Part shown: positions 12,598 to 23,589 of the stretch, one piece after another | Numbering within the stretch: the first letter of the stretch is position 1 | Layout: every line of letters starts with the position of its first letter | NCBI GenBank assembly: GCA_002269645.1 | Contig: NIVC01004472.1 | Coordinates: 1-44,851 of the forward strand | DNA length: 44,851 bases | Reading direction: 5' to 3' | Source of the DNA: Macrostomum lignano | Lineage: Eukaryota | Translations under genes and position numbers: made by a program | Notes under the pieces: generated by a model | What the model was told of the DNA's origin: nothing | Database searches by the model: none | The model's input: the letters and a program-made list of their open reading frames with translations, nothing else

Positions 12598-13260
12598 TGA
12601 AGGCAGAGAGGGTTTGACAGGGTTGAACACAGTGGAAGAGAGGAGGCAGAGAGGGTTTGACTGAGTTGAACACAGTGGAAGAGAGGAGGCAGAGAGGGTT
12701 TGACAGGGTTGAACGCAGTGGAAGAGAGGAGGCAGAGAGGGTTTGACAGGGTTGAACACAGTGGAAGAGAGGAGGCAGAGAGGGTTTGACAGGGTTGAAC
12801 ACAGTGGAAGAGAGGAGGCAGAGAGGGTTTGACAGGGTTGAACACAGTGGAAGAGAGGAGGCAGAGAGGGTTTGACAGGGTTGAACACAGTGGAAGAGAG
12901 GAGGCAGAGAGGGTTTGACAGGGTTGAACACAGTGGAAGAGAGGAGGCAGAGAGGGTTTGACAGGGTTGAACACAGTGGAAGAGAGGAGGCAGAGAGGGT
13001 TTGACAGGGTTGAACACAGTGGAAGAGAGGAGGCAGAGAGGGTTTGACAGGGTTGAACACAGTGGAAGAGAGGAGGCAGAGAGGGTTTGACAGGGTTGAA
13101 CACAGTGGAAGAGAGGAGGCAGAGAGGGTTTGACAGGGTTGAACACAGTGGAAGAGAGGAGGCAGAGAGGGTTTGACAGGGTTGAACACAGTGGAAGAGA
13201 GGAGGCAGAGAGGGTTAGACGGGGTTGAACACAGTGGAAGAGAGGAGGCAGAGAGGGTTA
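12598..13260. repeat. 43-bp minisatellite, ~15 copies
   Basis: Unit gaggcagagagggtttgacagggttgaacacagtggaagagag. Confidence 0.95.
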
Positions 13261-13728
13261 GAAAATTTTTCTAAAAGCATAGCTAGCGACAAGAGAACCA
13301 ATCCTGGGAACACGGCTCAAAGCATGCATGCATAATCGATTCGCTCATTCCGACCGGCCCCTAGCTCGGTGTCTAAGCTATCACTCACCGCGCATTCATT
13401 TGCAGTAGTGAATAATATGCAGTATAGCTACCGCTGGCCCAGGGGCCCTGGATTCGCACCTATAGATACTGTATTATTGCAAACGGTGAGGGTACAGCCA
13501 GGGGCCTCAGGGCCCAGGGCCTCAGCCAGTCAGAGTCAGGAGAGGGAGGGAGCGAGAGAGAGACGTAGGCAATGGGGAGGGGGAGAAAGTGCACCCTATA
13601 TAATTGATTCGCCCGGCCGCGCTATATACATTTCCGTCTCAACACTCAATACACGTTGCCCGCTCCGGTTAGTTCAACAAATATCAAAGTCGGTCTGTTG
13701 AAATTCATCGTTACTACAGAAGCAAAAC

Positions 13729-15169
13729 ATGCCTAGCTGGAATCTAAAACTGTCGCTATGTTTTGGCCGTAGGCCCGATACGCGTATTAAAAAATCGAAA
13801 AACAAAACGATCGGAAAGACGCCAACAACCAAGACAGTTACAGCGACTGAAAACGCAACTACGAACTGTCCACAGTGTGGTTGCTCTCTAACGGAGCACC
13901 TGAACAGTTATCTGCAGCAGCAAAGTCAGCAGGATTGTACAGGAATTCCTATTAATCCTTGGTCGACGGTAAGAATGCAGAAAAGTGTCGACTCTGGCAT
14001 CTGCGAGGAGCTCAGCGGAGGTTCAGGCGAACGGGCAGGAAGTTCGGGTTGTCAACTGCCTGCTGCCGTTAATGTCGTCGACGAAGCGGATGCCGAATCT
14101 GACGCAGCCGCTGACCTGGAGGTCTCAAATATTGTTAATAGCAGTCGTCAGCAATTTCGTCAACGCCGTCCCGTTGTTTAAGGCGTCGCTCTGAGAGGCT
14201 TCGTGCCGCCGCCAACAGCGAATAGTGGTTGGCACGCTTCGGCCACTCTGGCTACACTGCCGCGCGACTCGCCGAGTTCCAGCGTGGCTTGTCTGGCTCG
14301 GTCGGACAGTGACGACTCTGTGGACGAGCTCGACAAAGTATCGTCGGGACAGAGACAGGAGGTAAAGCACGATGAACAACGGTCGAAAATGGGCAGGTGA
14401 GCAGTGTGAATGTCTTGTTGTTGCTTCTCCAGGCCTCGATAATGAAAAGCAGTCATGACCATTCAGTTATAAGCAGACAGACGCACACAGGGTACGCTAT
14501 CGCTAAACCATAGACATCTGCACCGATACAAGTGCAAATAAGCTAAATCTAATGCTAAACCATAGACATCTGCACCGGTACAAGTGCAAATAAGCAAAAT
14601 ATAATGCTAAACCATAGACATCTGCACCGGTACAAGTGCAAATAAGCAAAATCTAATGCTAAGCCATAGACATTTGCAACAGTTCAAGAAAGCATCTGAT
14701 GATAATGCTATCTTTCTTGGTTGCAGAAATATTAATAGATGAGAAATAGGCTCAAAGTCTTAGACGATTAATACTTTCTAAAAAACTGGTCAAATAGAGA
14801 ACCGTATTATTTCTAATGTTATTTCTATTGTTACGAGTATTTCTAATGTCTAAGGCACTGACCACATTTTATTAATATTGGGCCGTACTTAATAAATGAA
14901 ATTAAAAGCCAAACCAAGAAACGTGACTTTCTTCTTTTAACCCATGAAGTTATTCTAGACCGCAAAGCAGATGGACCGTCCATCAGCAACAGCAGAAGCA
15001 ACAGCAGCAGCATCAGCAATATCACCAGCTGTTGCGCGAACAGAAGCGAACAGCACTGCTTTGGGCGATGGCTTCTGTCAGGGACCGGCTGGAGAAGGAG
15101 ATGGAGCGGCTGCTGGAGGCAACCGCCGACGACCTCGTCGCCATTGGCAACGAAAACGAATCCAGCTAG
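13729..15169 (+). CDS. Two-exon gene of unknown function (exons 13729-14396 and 14959-15169) with an in-frame TAA at 14179-14181; possible pseudogene
   Basis: TATATAA at 13597 and ATG in an aaaacATG context. ORFs 13729..14181 and 14203..14400 are in the same frame. Donor AG|GTGAGC (14397) and acceptor TTCTAG|A (14958) are both phase 2 and give ...SKMGR|PQSRWTVHQQQ...LLREQKRTALLWAMASVRDRLEKEMERLLEATADDLVAIGNENESS*. AATAAA at 15244. Confidence 0.65.
14502..14680. repeat. 52-bp intronic tandem repeat, ~3.5 copies
   Basis: gctaaaccatagacatctgcaccg...aaatctaat at 14502, 14554, 14606 and 14658. Confidence 0.9.
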
Positions 15170-15989
15170 TTTTTAACCAACTTCGACTGACTGATTCTAT
15201 GAAAGTTTCTGCTTTGATTTTTTGACTGAATTTATTTAGAATTAATAAAATTATAATTGTCAAAAAAACGTTCTATTTCACAAATATTTATTCATCAACT
15301 TTTTTGCAAACTTGTCAATAATCTCATTATATTATGATGAATTTTTTTGTTTTAATTTTCAGAAAAATTTTTGCACCTATAGTGATCCACCAACTATCTG
15401 CCTGTGCTTACTGCTGTAAATATTGTTGAATTCACAGTCAATATCTAGCTAGATATTTGTAATAGCTGTTTATTTACTGTTTCGCTGCTTTAATGTCTGT
15501 ATTTCAAAACTTAAATGCACTTTTTTCGACAAACTTTTCAGTTAGAAGGATGCTTTTATTCTAATAGTCTGTCTTTCTAAATATTCGATATTTCGTGAAA
15601 AAAAAACTGTTTTCGATGATTTAGATTTGCTAAATTTCATTACTAACAATGTTTTTTTCTGAAAATCAGTAAATACATATTTAACAAGACTTTCATGCAT
15701 TAACTTCATTATGAGAGGAAACTTCATCGAGAAATTTTATCTGAACGATTAATCTTTGAAAGACGATATATTGCTCCAATTGCAGTACAAGACAAACATA
15801 TTTTGGTAGAGACCACTTGGGATTATGCGCTTTGTACTAATACGTGTAACTGGCTGCTTATATACATGTACATGTATACTCTGACAATAACATGTTTTAT
15901 ATCCGGCATTCTCGTTGTCCAGTTCGAGCCGGCCTCTCTCCGCTGCAGTCACTACGTATCGTGCAGAAACTGCAGGGTTTTCAGAATTC

Positions 15990-16376
15990 TGACGCAAAAA
16001 ACGCAAATTAGACTACTATCTGAAAATGAAGTAAGTAGTATATGAAAACGCTATCCTAAGCGTGATATACATGGCAATATGTAGTCGTAATAATCCATGT
16101 GCTCATATATGTACATTAATTCCATGTACATTAATCCCTATCTATCTCAAATTGGATATGTACATTAATCCCATGTACATTAATCCCTATCTATCTCAAA
16201 TGTCCATGTCTATCCCCAATTCTATATGTACGCTGTATGTGCATTAATCTACATGTACAGTGTCATCCCCAGACGGCCCGCGCGCGCGCACCAAAATTAC
16301 AACTCGAAACCCTACTACATGTACAGTTGTACAATCTCATCCAAATGAGTCAACTAATTGTGTAGCTCACAACGTA
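15990..16376 (+). repeat. Left copy of a ~380-bp long-range inverted repeat (partner at 35054-35428)
   Basis: Manual alignment to the reverse complement of 35054-35428 shows about a dozen substitutions plus 4-bp and 8-bp indels. Confidence 0.93.
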
Positions 16377-17431
16377 AATGTATATTTCCAAGGTACATTC
16401 TCAGACAGATTTGAATAATACTGGTCGGAGTCTATATGTACATCGATAGCCTCTATACTCATATCCGCTACATACCCCAAAAATTAGGTATGTACATTTT
16501 CACCCTCGGAGACTGTAGGTTTGAATATGCTGATAATTTATTCAAAATCACTTATAAAATACACATACTTTCATATAGAGGCGGGCCTGTACAAACTCTC
16601 GCCAAGCGATGGGGTGGAGGTTGCGTCATCCAAGCCTCTCCCCAAGCCAGACCCCAAATGCAGGACTGTGTTGAAGCAGTGCTTTATATTTCTATATTGA
16701 CAGTGCGGATGATACAAGACGCTTCGTCACGCTTTAATTGGTAATTATCAACTGCTACTGCTGTACGGTATATCCTCACCCCTCGAAGCTCCTATACTGA
16801 ATGTTGAATCACCCTTTAACTCGGACCATAGTCAAAATTCAACCCAAGACTGTTCGAAAACAGCCACCCCTCCGATGTTCACCAGACTCGTCTTCACAGC
16901 GCAGACCCCATAGCAAATCGAACTAAATTTTAACACTCGCCCCTGTTCTCTCTGTCCCCCTTCTAAATGCCAAGGAATTTCGACCCTCTCTCCATTTTCA
17001 GTGTACAGACAGATCTATCCACAGCACAGACCCTATATCAAACTTCATTCAGCAAAACCCCTCTCTTCTCCGATTACGTCATCCATACCCCTATAGAAGC
17101 AGTTAGCAAGAAACCAACTTTTAATGCACACATCAACCCCACGAATCTGAGCAAATCCGAGTCCGCCAACCTCTACCTGCATTGACAAATCCCAGCTGCA
17201 TTTGTAGATGTACACAGCCTATGAATCAGTGTCTCCACCGCATGCAATTCTGATTTACTTGATCCTAAACTTTGTAAATTGTATAAGTTACCCTTGCGTT
17301 ATACTAGAAGTAGTGAAGTCCACATATTTAAATACGTGAGGCTATTCAATTCTGCCTCTCCGCCTCCCCATGCCTTCTCACTTCAAGCTTTCAGACTTGG
17401 TCTTTGAGATGGTCGGTTTAATCTGTTAGAA

Positions 17432-18363
17432 GCAGGAATGAATCATGCACTGACCTCTCCATACAAAGTAAAGTTGGAATTTCAAACAAGAAATTTGGTT
17501 ATTTTGAAAGCTAAATGACTAGAAAAGCACATTTTTCATTAAAATGCAGCTTTTCACAGTTTTTTTACGATTTTAACCTTGAAATGCAGACTTTGTTGAT
17601 CAAAATCAGTAGTTTCATCACTAGAAACCATACTTTCAACAGCTAATTTGTCCAAATGTCGTTTTCAACTTGACCTTAGACTGCTTTTAAGCAGGAATGA
17701 ACCCCAAACAAACATCCACAAGCCAGCCCAAATCATCCAAAGACATGGCTGTTGAAGCCTAAATTGCTAGAAATGCGCATTTTTTCATAAGAAAATACAA
17801 TTTTTCACCATTTTTTATGCATTTTTACGTTAAAATGCAGACTTTGTTGATCAAAATCAGTAGTTTCATCACTGGAAACCATAATTTCAACAGCTAATGT
17901 GTCCAAATGTCGTTTACAACTTGACCTTAGACGGCTTCGAAGCAGGAATGAATCCCGCACGAACATCCACAAGCCAGCCCAGAATCAACCAAAGACGGCT
18001 ATTGAAGCCTAAATTTGTATAGAAATGAGCATTTTTTCATAAGAAAATACAATTTTTCACAGTTTTTACGCATTTTTTACGTTAAAACGCAGACTTTGTT
18101 GATCAAAATCAGTAGTTTCATCACTGGAAACTTCAACAATTAATTTTCCCAAATGCCGTTTCAACTTTACTTGAGACGGCTTCGAAGCAGGAATAAATCC
18201 CACACGGAAGTCCACAAGCCAGCCCAGCCCAAGAAATAGTTAATGGAGGCTAAATTACTAGTAATGCAATTTTTTTCATGAAAAACACGAGTTTTCCTCA
18301 TTTTTCGATTTTTACCGTTAAAATGCTTACTTTATGGATCGAAATCTGCCATTTTATCAATAG
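17432..18363. repeat. Diverged ~250-bp tandem repeat, ~4 copies, interrupted by the LTR
   Basis: The anchor gcaggaat occurs at 17432, 17691, 17942 and 18187, with a shared aaaatgcagactttgttgatcaaaatcagtagtttcatcact block. The unit resumes as cataatttcagctaat after 20572. Confidence 0.88.
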
Positions 18364-18367
18364 AAAT

Positions 18368-20568
18368 TGATGTAACCGCCTTGTCGCCGGTCCGCTCCGT
18401 TGAGAGACGAACGCATGACTAGAGGGGCAATGACCGTAGGCTGCCTATGACCGGGCAATGGCCTGACGGACCTCCAGCACCAGACTGTCCCGCCCACATG
18501 ATTGATAGCTTTGGTAGCGCTTCGTGACCAGAGGGCCAAGGACCCACATGGACCCCACCTGTAGCCAAGGTGCAATAGTTGGTCACTCGGTCATAGTATG
18601 ACCGAGTGGCTGCCACCACTCTATGTGACCTGGCGCACCTGGATCTTTCTACCAGACCTCTCGAGGCTAGAGCCCCGCCTGGGATGGTTACCAGGAGATT
18701 TAGGCTAACAGGGGAGACACATGCAGCCGAGTACAGGGACTCTGCTTGGGGCATGATCGGGAACTCTGGGCTCAACCTGGAGGATTTCTCAGCAGGGGAT
18801 CCTTTGTGGCTGTGAGCGAGGCTAACTTGCGACTTTGATTACTAAGAGTAGTATGAGACGAACATGTACTGTCTATAGTTTAGATTGCTCAGGGCGAAGG
18901 GACGCGTCAGCATGGGGTTGCAACCTTCCTACTGCCATTCTGTGCCAAGACTCGCTAATCCCTCTACTGCACGCACACGCGGCCCCGCAGCACGCACTCA
19001 CAGGCGGGCTGTGCACGGGGAGAGGCGATTAGCTTACCCAAACTTCCTTATGCTTTGCCACCCCGGGAGAAAGGCTTAGCAAGCCATGAGTGAAATGATG
19101 GTGAAAGAGTGAATAATGATGGGATTAGTTAATAGTTAATAATTAGGCCCTTAGGCAAATAATCAGGCAATTAGGCGGCTTCACTATTGAGTAAAATACA
19201 GCAAAAAGTACGGTATCACAATTGGCTCAGCTCTCTAATCAGACAATGGAAAATAGGCAAACCCCGGATAAGCAAGGTAATTAGAGCACAAATTAGTAAC
19301 AGGAACTTACCGGCAGCTGCACAGAGAGAGAGCGGCGGAGTGACCGAGGGCGGCTGTAGGCTGCAGTCAGGCAGACGGTGAAGCGGCGATGCGCTGAAGC
19401 AACGAGGCGCTGATGTAGATCAGGCGATGCTGATGATGCTGGGCGGTATCAGACCGCTGGCCGATAGGCGAGCTCACTTGGGGAGCTAAGGATAACTTGG
19501 CGGTAACAGACCGCGGACCGGCAGGGATTCGTCTTATAGACGAATGGGTCAGAACTCAATCTGACAGCAAGTCCACAGTAGGACGAGGAGCCGAAAAGGT
19601 GAGGATTCTCATGCCGAAATCGCTTCCTTTTATAGACCTCACAGCCGCCTCTTCAAGGTCGTTACCATGGCTCCCTCTCTCTGATTGGCTGCCGGCAGAA
19701 TGACGTCAGAATGAGTCATGATGAGAAGCATGAGACCGGCATAGCAACATGAGAAATCGGGAAATTGCGCAATCCGGAGGTGGGGTGGGGGGATAATTGG
19801 CGCAGCGGGTGGTCGCGAAAGTGTTGCGCAAGCAAACATTGAGAACAATAGGGCTGGGGTCGAGAACAAAGGAATTGGAAACCGGGGATAATTGGGGAGA
19901 ACTGAGAACAATGGAAAAGTAAACATTGGGGAAAAGGTGATAATTAGGTGCGAAAACGAGAACAAAAGAAAGAGAAAATCGGAGAAAATGTGATAATTGG
20001 TGGGGGTCGAGAGAACAAAAGAATCAAAAACGAGAACAATAGAAGCGGAGGTGGGGTGGGTGTCGCATGAGAAATTTTGGGAAGGAGAACAATAGCGTGA
20101 GAAAAGGTTGCGCAAGAGAGGGGGATGAGTCATCGATGAGTCACCGAGGGGGAGAAGGGGTCACACGACTTGCGTCACCGTTTGGGAGTTTGAGAGGGGA
20201 TGGGGAGACGGTGAGCACACAAAATACTGTAAGTAGACACAGGGAAAGGGGGGACAGCGCCGGAAAAGAGTGCAGAGGGAGACAAAAAGAGGGGGGATAG
20301 GGAAAGTACGGGAAGAATAGGGCGGAAAACAGAAGAGATAGGGTAGAGGGGGAGATACAGAGAGGGGTGGGGAGCTCCGGAAAGGAAGGTGTGGCGGCAG
20401 GGGAGACGGAACCAAGGCAGCGGGAGGGGTGCAGCAGAGCGGGAGTCTCCAGGCCTGGTCGGAGACCTGGCCGAGTCTCGACAGCTCTGTGCAGGGGGTG
20501 CACGGGATAGGAGGCACTTTCGAAAAAGTTCCCATGCCCTATCCCGCGACCAGAGCGTGGTTACATCA
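18368..20568 (-). mobile_element. Solo LTR (~2.2 kb), Gypsy-like
   Basis: Termini TGATGTAACC...GGTTACATCA (TG...CA, 10-bp inverted), with direct 4-bp TSD AAAT at 18364-18367 and 20569-20572. Joining the flanks restores the ~250-bp repeat unit. Orientation inferred from the promoter. Confidence 0.8.
19627..19718 (-). promoter_or_regulatory. Pol II core promoter inside the LTR
   Basis: Minus-strand TATAAAAG (19634-19627) with a CCAAT box 50 bp upstream (attgg 19684-19688), CRE TGACGTCA (19701-19708) and AP-1 TGAGTCA (19712-19718). Confidence 0.7.
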
Positions 20569-21667
20569 AAATCATAATTTCAGCTAATAAACCATCAAAA
20601 ATGCTGTTTTGTCATTCAAATAGGCATGTACATTGTCCAAGAAGCTGGGGAAATATTCTATAGACACTGTAAAAATTGGGGCTAAAAACACAGTCTGCTA
20701 TTACCCTATTAAACTTAAAGTTTTCAGAATTCAATTGATTTCGATTACTACATCATGCCATTGATGCTATTTTAAACGTTATTCTCAGTTCTGAAGCTCA
20801 CAACAGCCTCTTTTAGATGCACTGAATCGGTTTTGTTGCATACTTTGCATGTTGATTCACCCTTCAATTCAACGATTCTCCGCTATACATTCTAGCCATA
20901 TTCAAAATTCAACCCAGGACTATTAATGTTCGCCAATATGGAGAGAACAACACCTACCCAAGCCTCACCAAGGCAATTCTTTACTACCGCGTAAATGCCA
21001 TAACTGACTCTCTGTCCCTATAACCCCAGGTCCATCCCTAAACATTACGTAAACAGAAGTAGAAAACTCTGTCTCTGATTTGGCTTGCGACAGGGGCTGT
21101 CACCTTTATTACTCTTTGATGGATATTTTGGATGATGGCAAGAGCTTTTCATCGACTATTACTCTTCCCCGAGCCTCTGTCAATCGGATGCTTTGCACAC
21201 AAGCCCCATTTCACCCAGGTTATTAAATTGATACCGCGATTTTTAACAACCATTTTCTCGCAGAGACCGGCGGGCCTTAAAAACCACAGAAGTCATCTTT
21301 CATATTTTTCATCTGTATTTAGCTATTATTGGTCCGCCAAGGTATTGTCTTTTGAATAAACACCGTTTTCTATCCGATTTAAGTCGAAAAGACATGCTGC
21401 AAGAGGAAGCTGTCTTCTTCTTTGAGAGACTGTACTCTGGCGGAGCAGCAGTTTTCACTCCTGCGAGAATGCTGGTTGGGTGGCTCCGCTCAGATCCAAT
21501 AAAATACCGCATGAGAAAAGAATTGGTGGGGTATTTTCGACCCCCAACTTTTCTATACCAAATGCGGAACCGAGTGTACAATCGTACACTAATCTAGAAA
21601 ATATAGACCCGGGAAAGAAAATCACGCACACCTCTCGTGCCCCTACCCCATCCTCCCTCTTGCGGGG

Positions 21668-21675
21668 TATATAAA
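21668..21675 (+). promoter_or_regulatory. TATA box upstream of a CAG-rich exon
   Basis: ggggTATATAAAGcggg in a GC-rich context. Confidence 0.55.
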
Positions 21676-21948
21676 GCGGGTGAGAGCTGCTGCTGCAGCA
21701 TCAGCAAAAGCAGCCAGCAGCAGCAGAAGCCACAACAGCAGCATCAACTGCTTCAACAGCATCAGCCTGCAACAGCGGCAACACAGCAGCAGCATCAGCA
21801 CAGCTAGCAGCAGAAGAAGCAACAACAGCAGAAGTCACAACATCAGCAAACGGCAGCAGCATCAGAAACCGCAAGCATCAGCAGTCACAGTCGCAATCAC
21901 AGCAGCATCAGCCGCAATCGCAGCAGCAACAGCAGCAGCAGCAGAAGC

Positions 21949-22014
21949 ATGGCATCAAAACGTTCGGCCGCTGAAGCAGCAATTTCAGCCTTGTGGGGGC
22001 GAGCAGGCCCCCCA

Positions 22015-22083
<69 letters not shown>

Positions 22084-22232
22084 CAGCATCAGCCTCACCA
22101 TCAACCTTCTTCGCAGGCTGGGGCGCATCTAGCGCCCCCGTCCCTTGCAGCCCAGCTGACATCGAGACGTGCGGTGCAGAGAGAGAGAGAGAGAGCATCA
22201 GCCTCCGGCCGCAAAGAGGGGACGCCCGCTAG
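21949..22232 (+). CDS. Putative first coding exon with a polyglutamine tract; downstream exons not identified
   Basis: agcATGg start, MASKRSAAEAAISALWGRAGPP-Q(n)-HQPHHQP..., (CAG)n at 22018-22089, ending at a consensus donor AG|GTGAGT (22233, phase 2). Confidence 0.45.
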
Positions 22233-22626
22233 GTGAGTCTCTGCGTGTGTAAAACTATATGCTTTTAGCATTTGCAAAATCTGAATTCAGAAAAATAGGG
22301 CTGTATAATTGCTTTAGCATTTGTGTGATTTGCAAATTTTTTCGCTAGTTGAAATATGGGCTTTCTTTGAAACCACAGCTTTTCATCTTTAGCATTCACT
22401 AGCAATCTACGCCCCCCGTTGGGGAGCCAAAAAAATGCAATACACGTTTTTTTAATAAGCTACATGTATCCTTGAAATCTTAAAAAAATCTCCTGTCAAA
22501 CCTTGTAAGCCTTGACATGCCAGTAATTCCCCCCCCCCCACAAGCTTTAACATATCAACTTCCCCCCTTGACATCTCAGCAATGCCCCCAATAAGCCTTG
22601 GAAATCTAAAAATATCTGTCAACCTT

Positions 22627-22693
22627 CTAACCCTAACCCTAGCCTACCCTAACCCTAACCCTAACCCTAACCCTAACCCTAACCTAACCCTAA
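22627..22693. repeat. Interstitial telomere-type (CCCTAA)n tract
   Basis: About 10 ccctaa units with a few variants. Confidence 0.92.
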
Positions 22694-23589
22694 AGCATTG
22701 AAATTTCAGTATTTCTCTCTAAGAGTCATTATAGCACTACAGCATTATAGCGATTCCCTGCAAGCCTCGACATCGTAGGGATTCCCAAATGAATCTCTTA
22801 ACTTCGACATGAAGCTTCTTTTATTTTTTACATTACGCTTTTTTTATCAGCGATCCCTCCCCTGAGGAGGCATCAAATAATGTAATAAAAAGTTTTCAAT
22901 AAACTTCATGTAGCTTCTGACTTTAGCCTTGAAATCTCATTTATACCCCCGTGAGCCTTGACATCTCAGCTATTCCCCCCGTAAGCCTTGACATGTCAGC
23001 GATGGCCCCCATAAACCTTGAAATCTAAAAAATCCCCTGTTATTCTGTTAACCTTGAAACCCGATAAAAATATAACCCTCAGCCCACACCTGACCTAAAC
23101 CTAACTTTAACCCAACATAAAGCCTTGAAATCTCAGCAATTCTTCTCCCCTAAGCCTTGACATTTTAGTGATTCCTTCTTTAAGAATCACAGCACTATAA
23201 CAATTTCCACCAAGCTTTGACATTGTAGCAATTCCCAAATGAATCTTTTAACTTTGAAATGACTTTTCTTTTATGTATACATAGTGCTACTTTTATTTTT
23301 TACATGAATCTTCTTCTATCAGCGCCCCCCAGTGGCGAGCCAACAAAGAATGCAATAAAAAATTGAGTAAAGTACATGAACTTTGAAGTAGCTTCTGACT
23401 TTTGCTTTGACATCTCAGAACCCCCCCCCCCCGTAATCTCAGTTATTCTCTGAGAGCCTTTACGTCTCAGTTTTTCTCCCCAGCACAGCATTATAGCTGC
23501 ATTAAATTTTTACATGACACCCTTCATGTCTGACATGACGCTTCTTTTATTGTACCATGATGCTTCTTAATTTTTTAAATGACACTTTC

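Noticed and set aside
7351-13189. Long ORFs over the 17-, 21-, 9-, 22- and 43-bp repeats
   Set aside because: They are open in several frames and on both strands simply because the units lack stops; there is no domain or splice support.
14971-15225. 84-aa ORF MDRPSATAEA...
   Set aside because: Wrong frame; the splice-compatible frame starting at 14959 is the more protein-like reading.
19555-19600. Hammerhead-ribozyme-like ctgacagcaa-gtcc...ggac-gag...gaaa
   Set aside because: The core is not CUGAnGA/GAAA in correct register and stems I and III cannot be formed.
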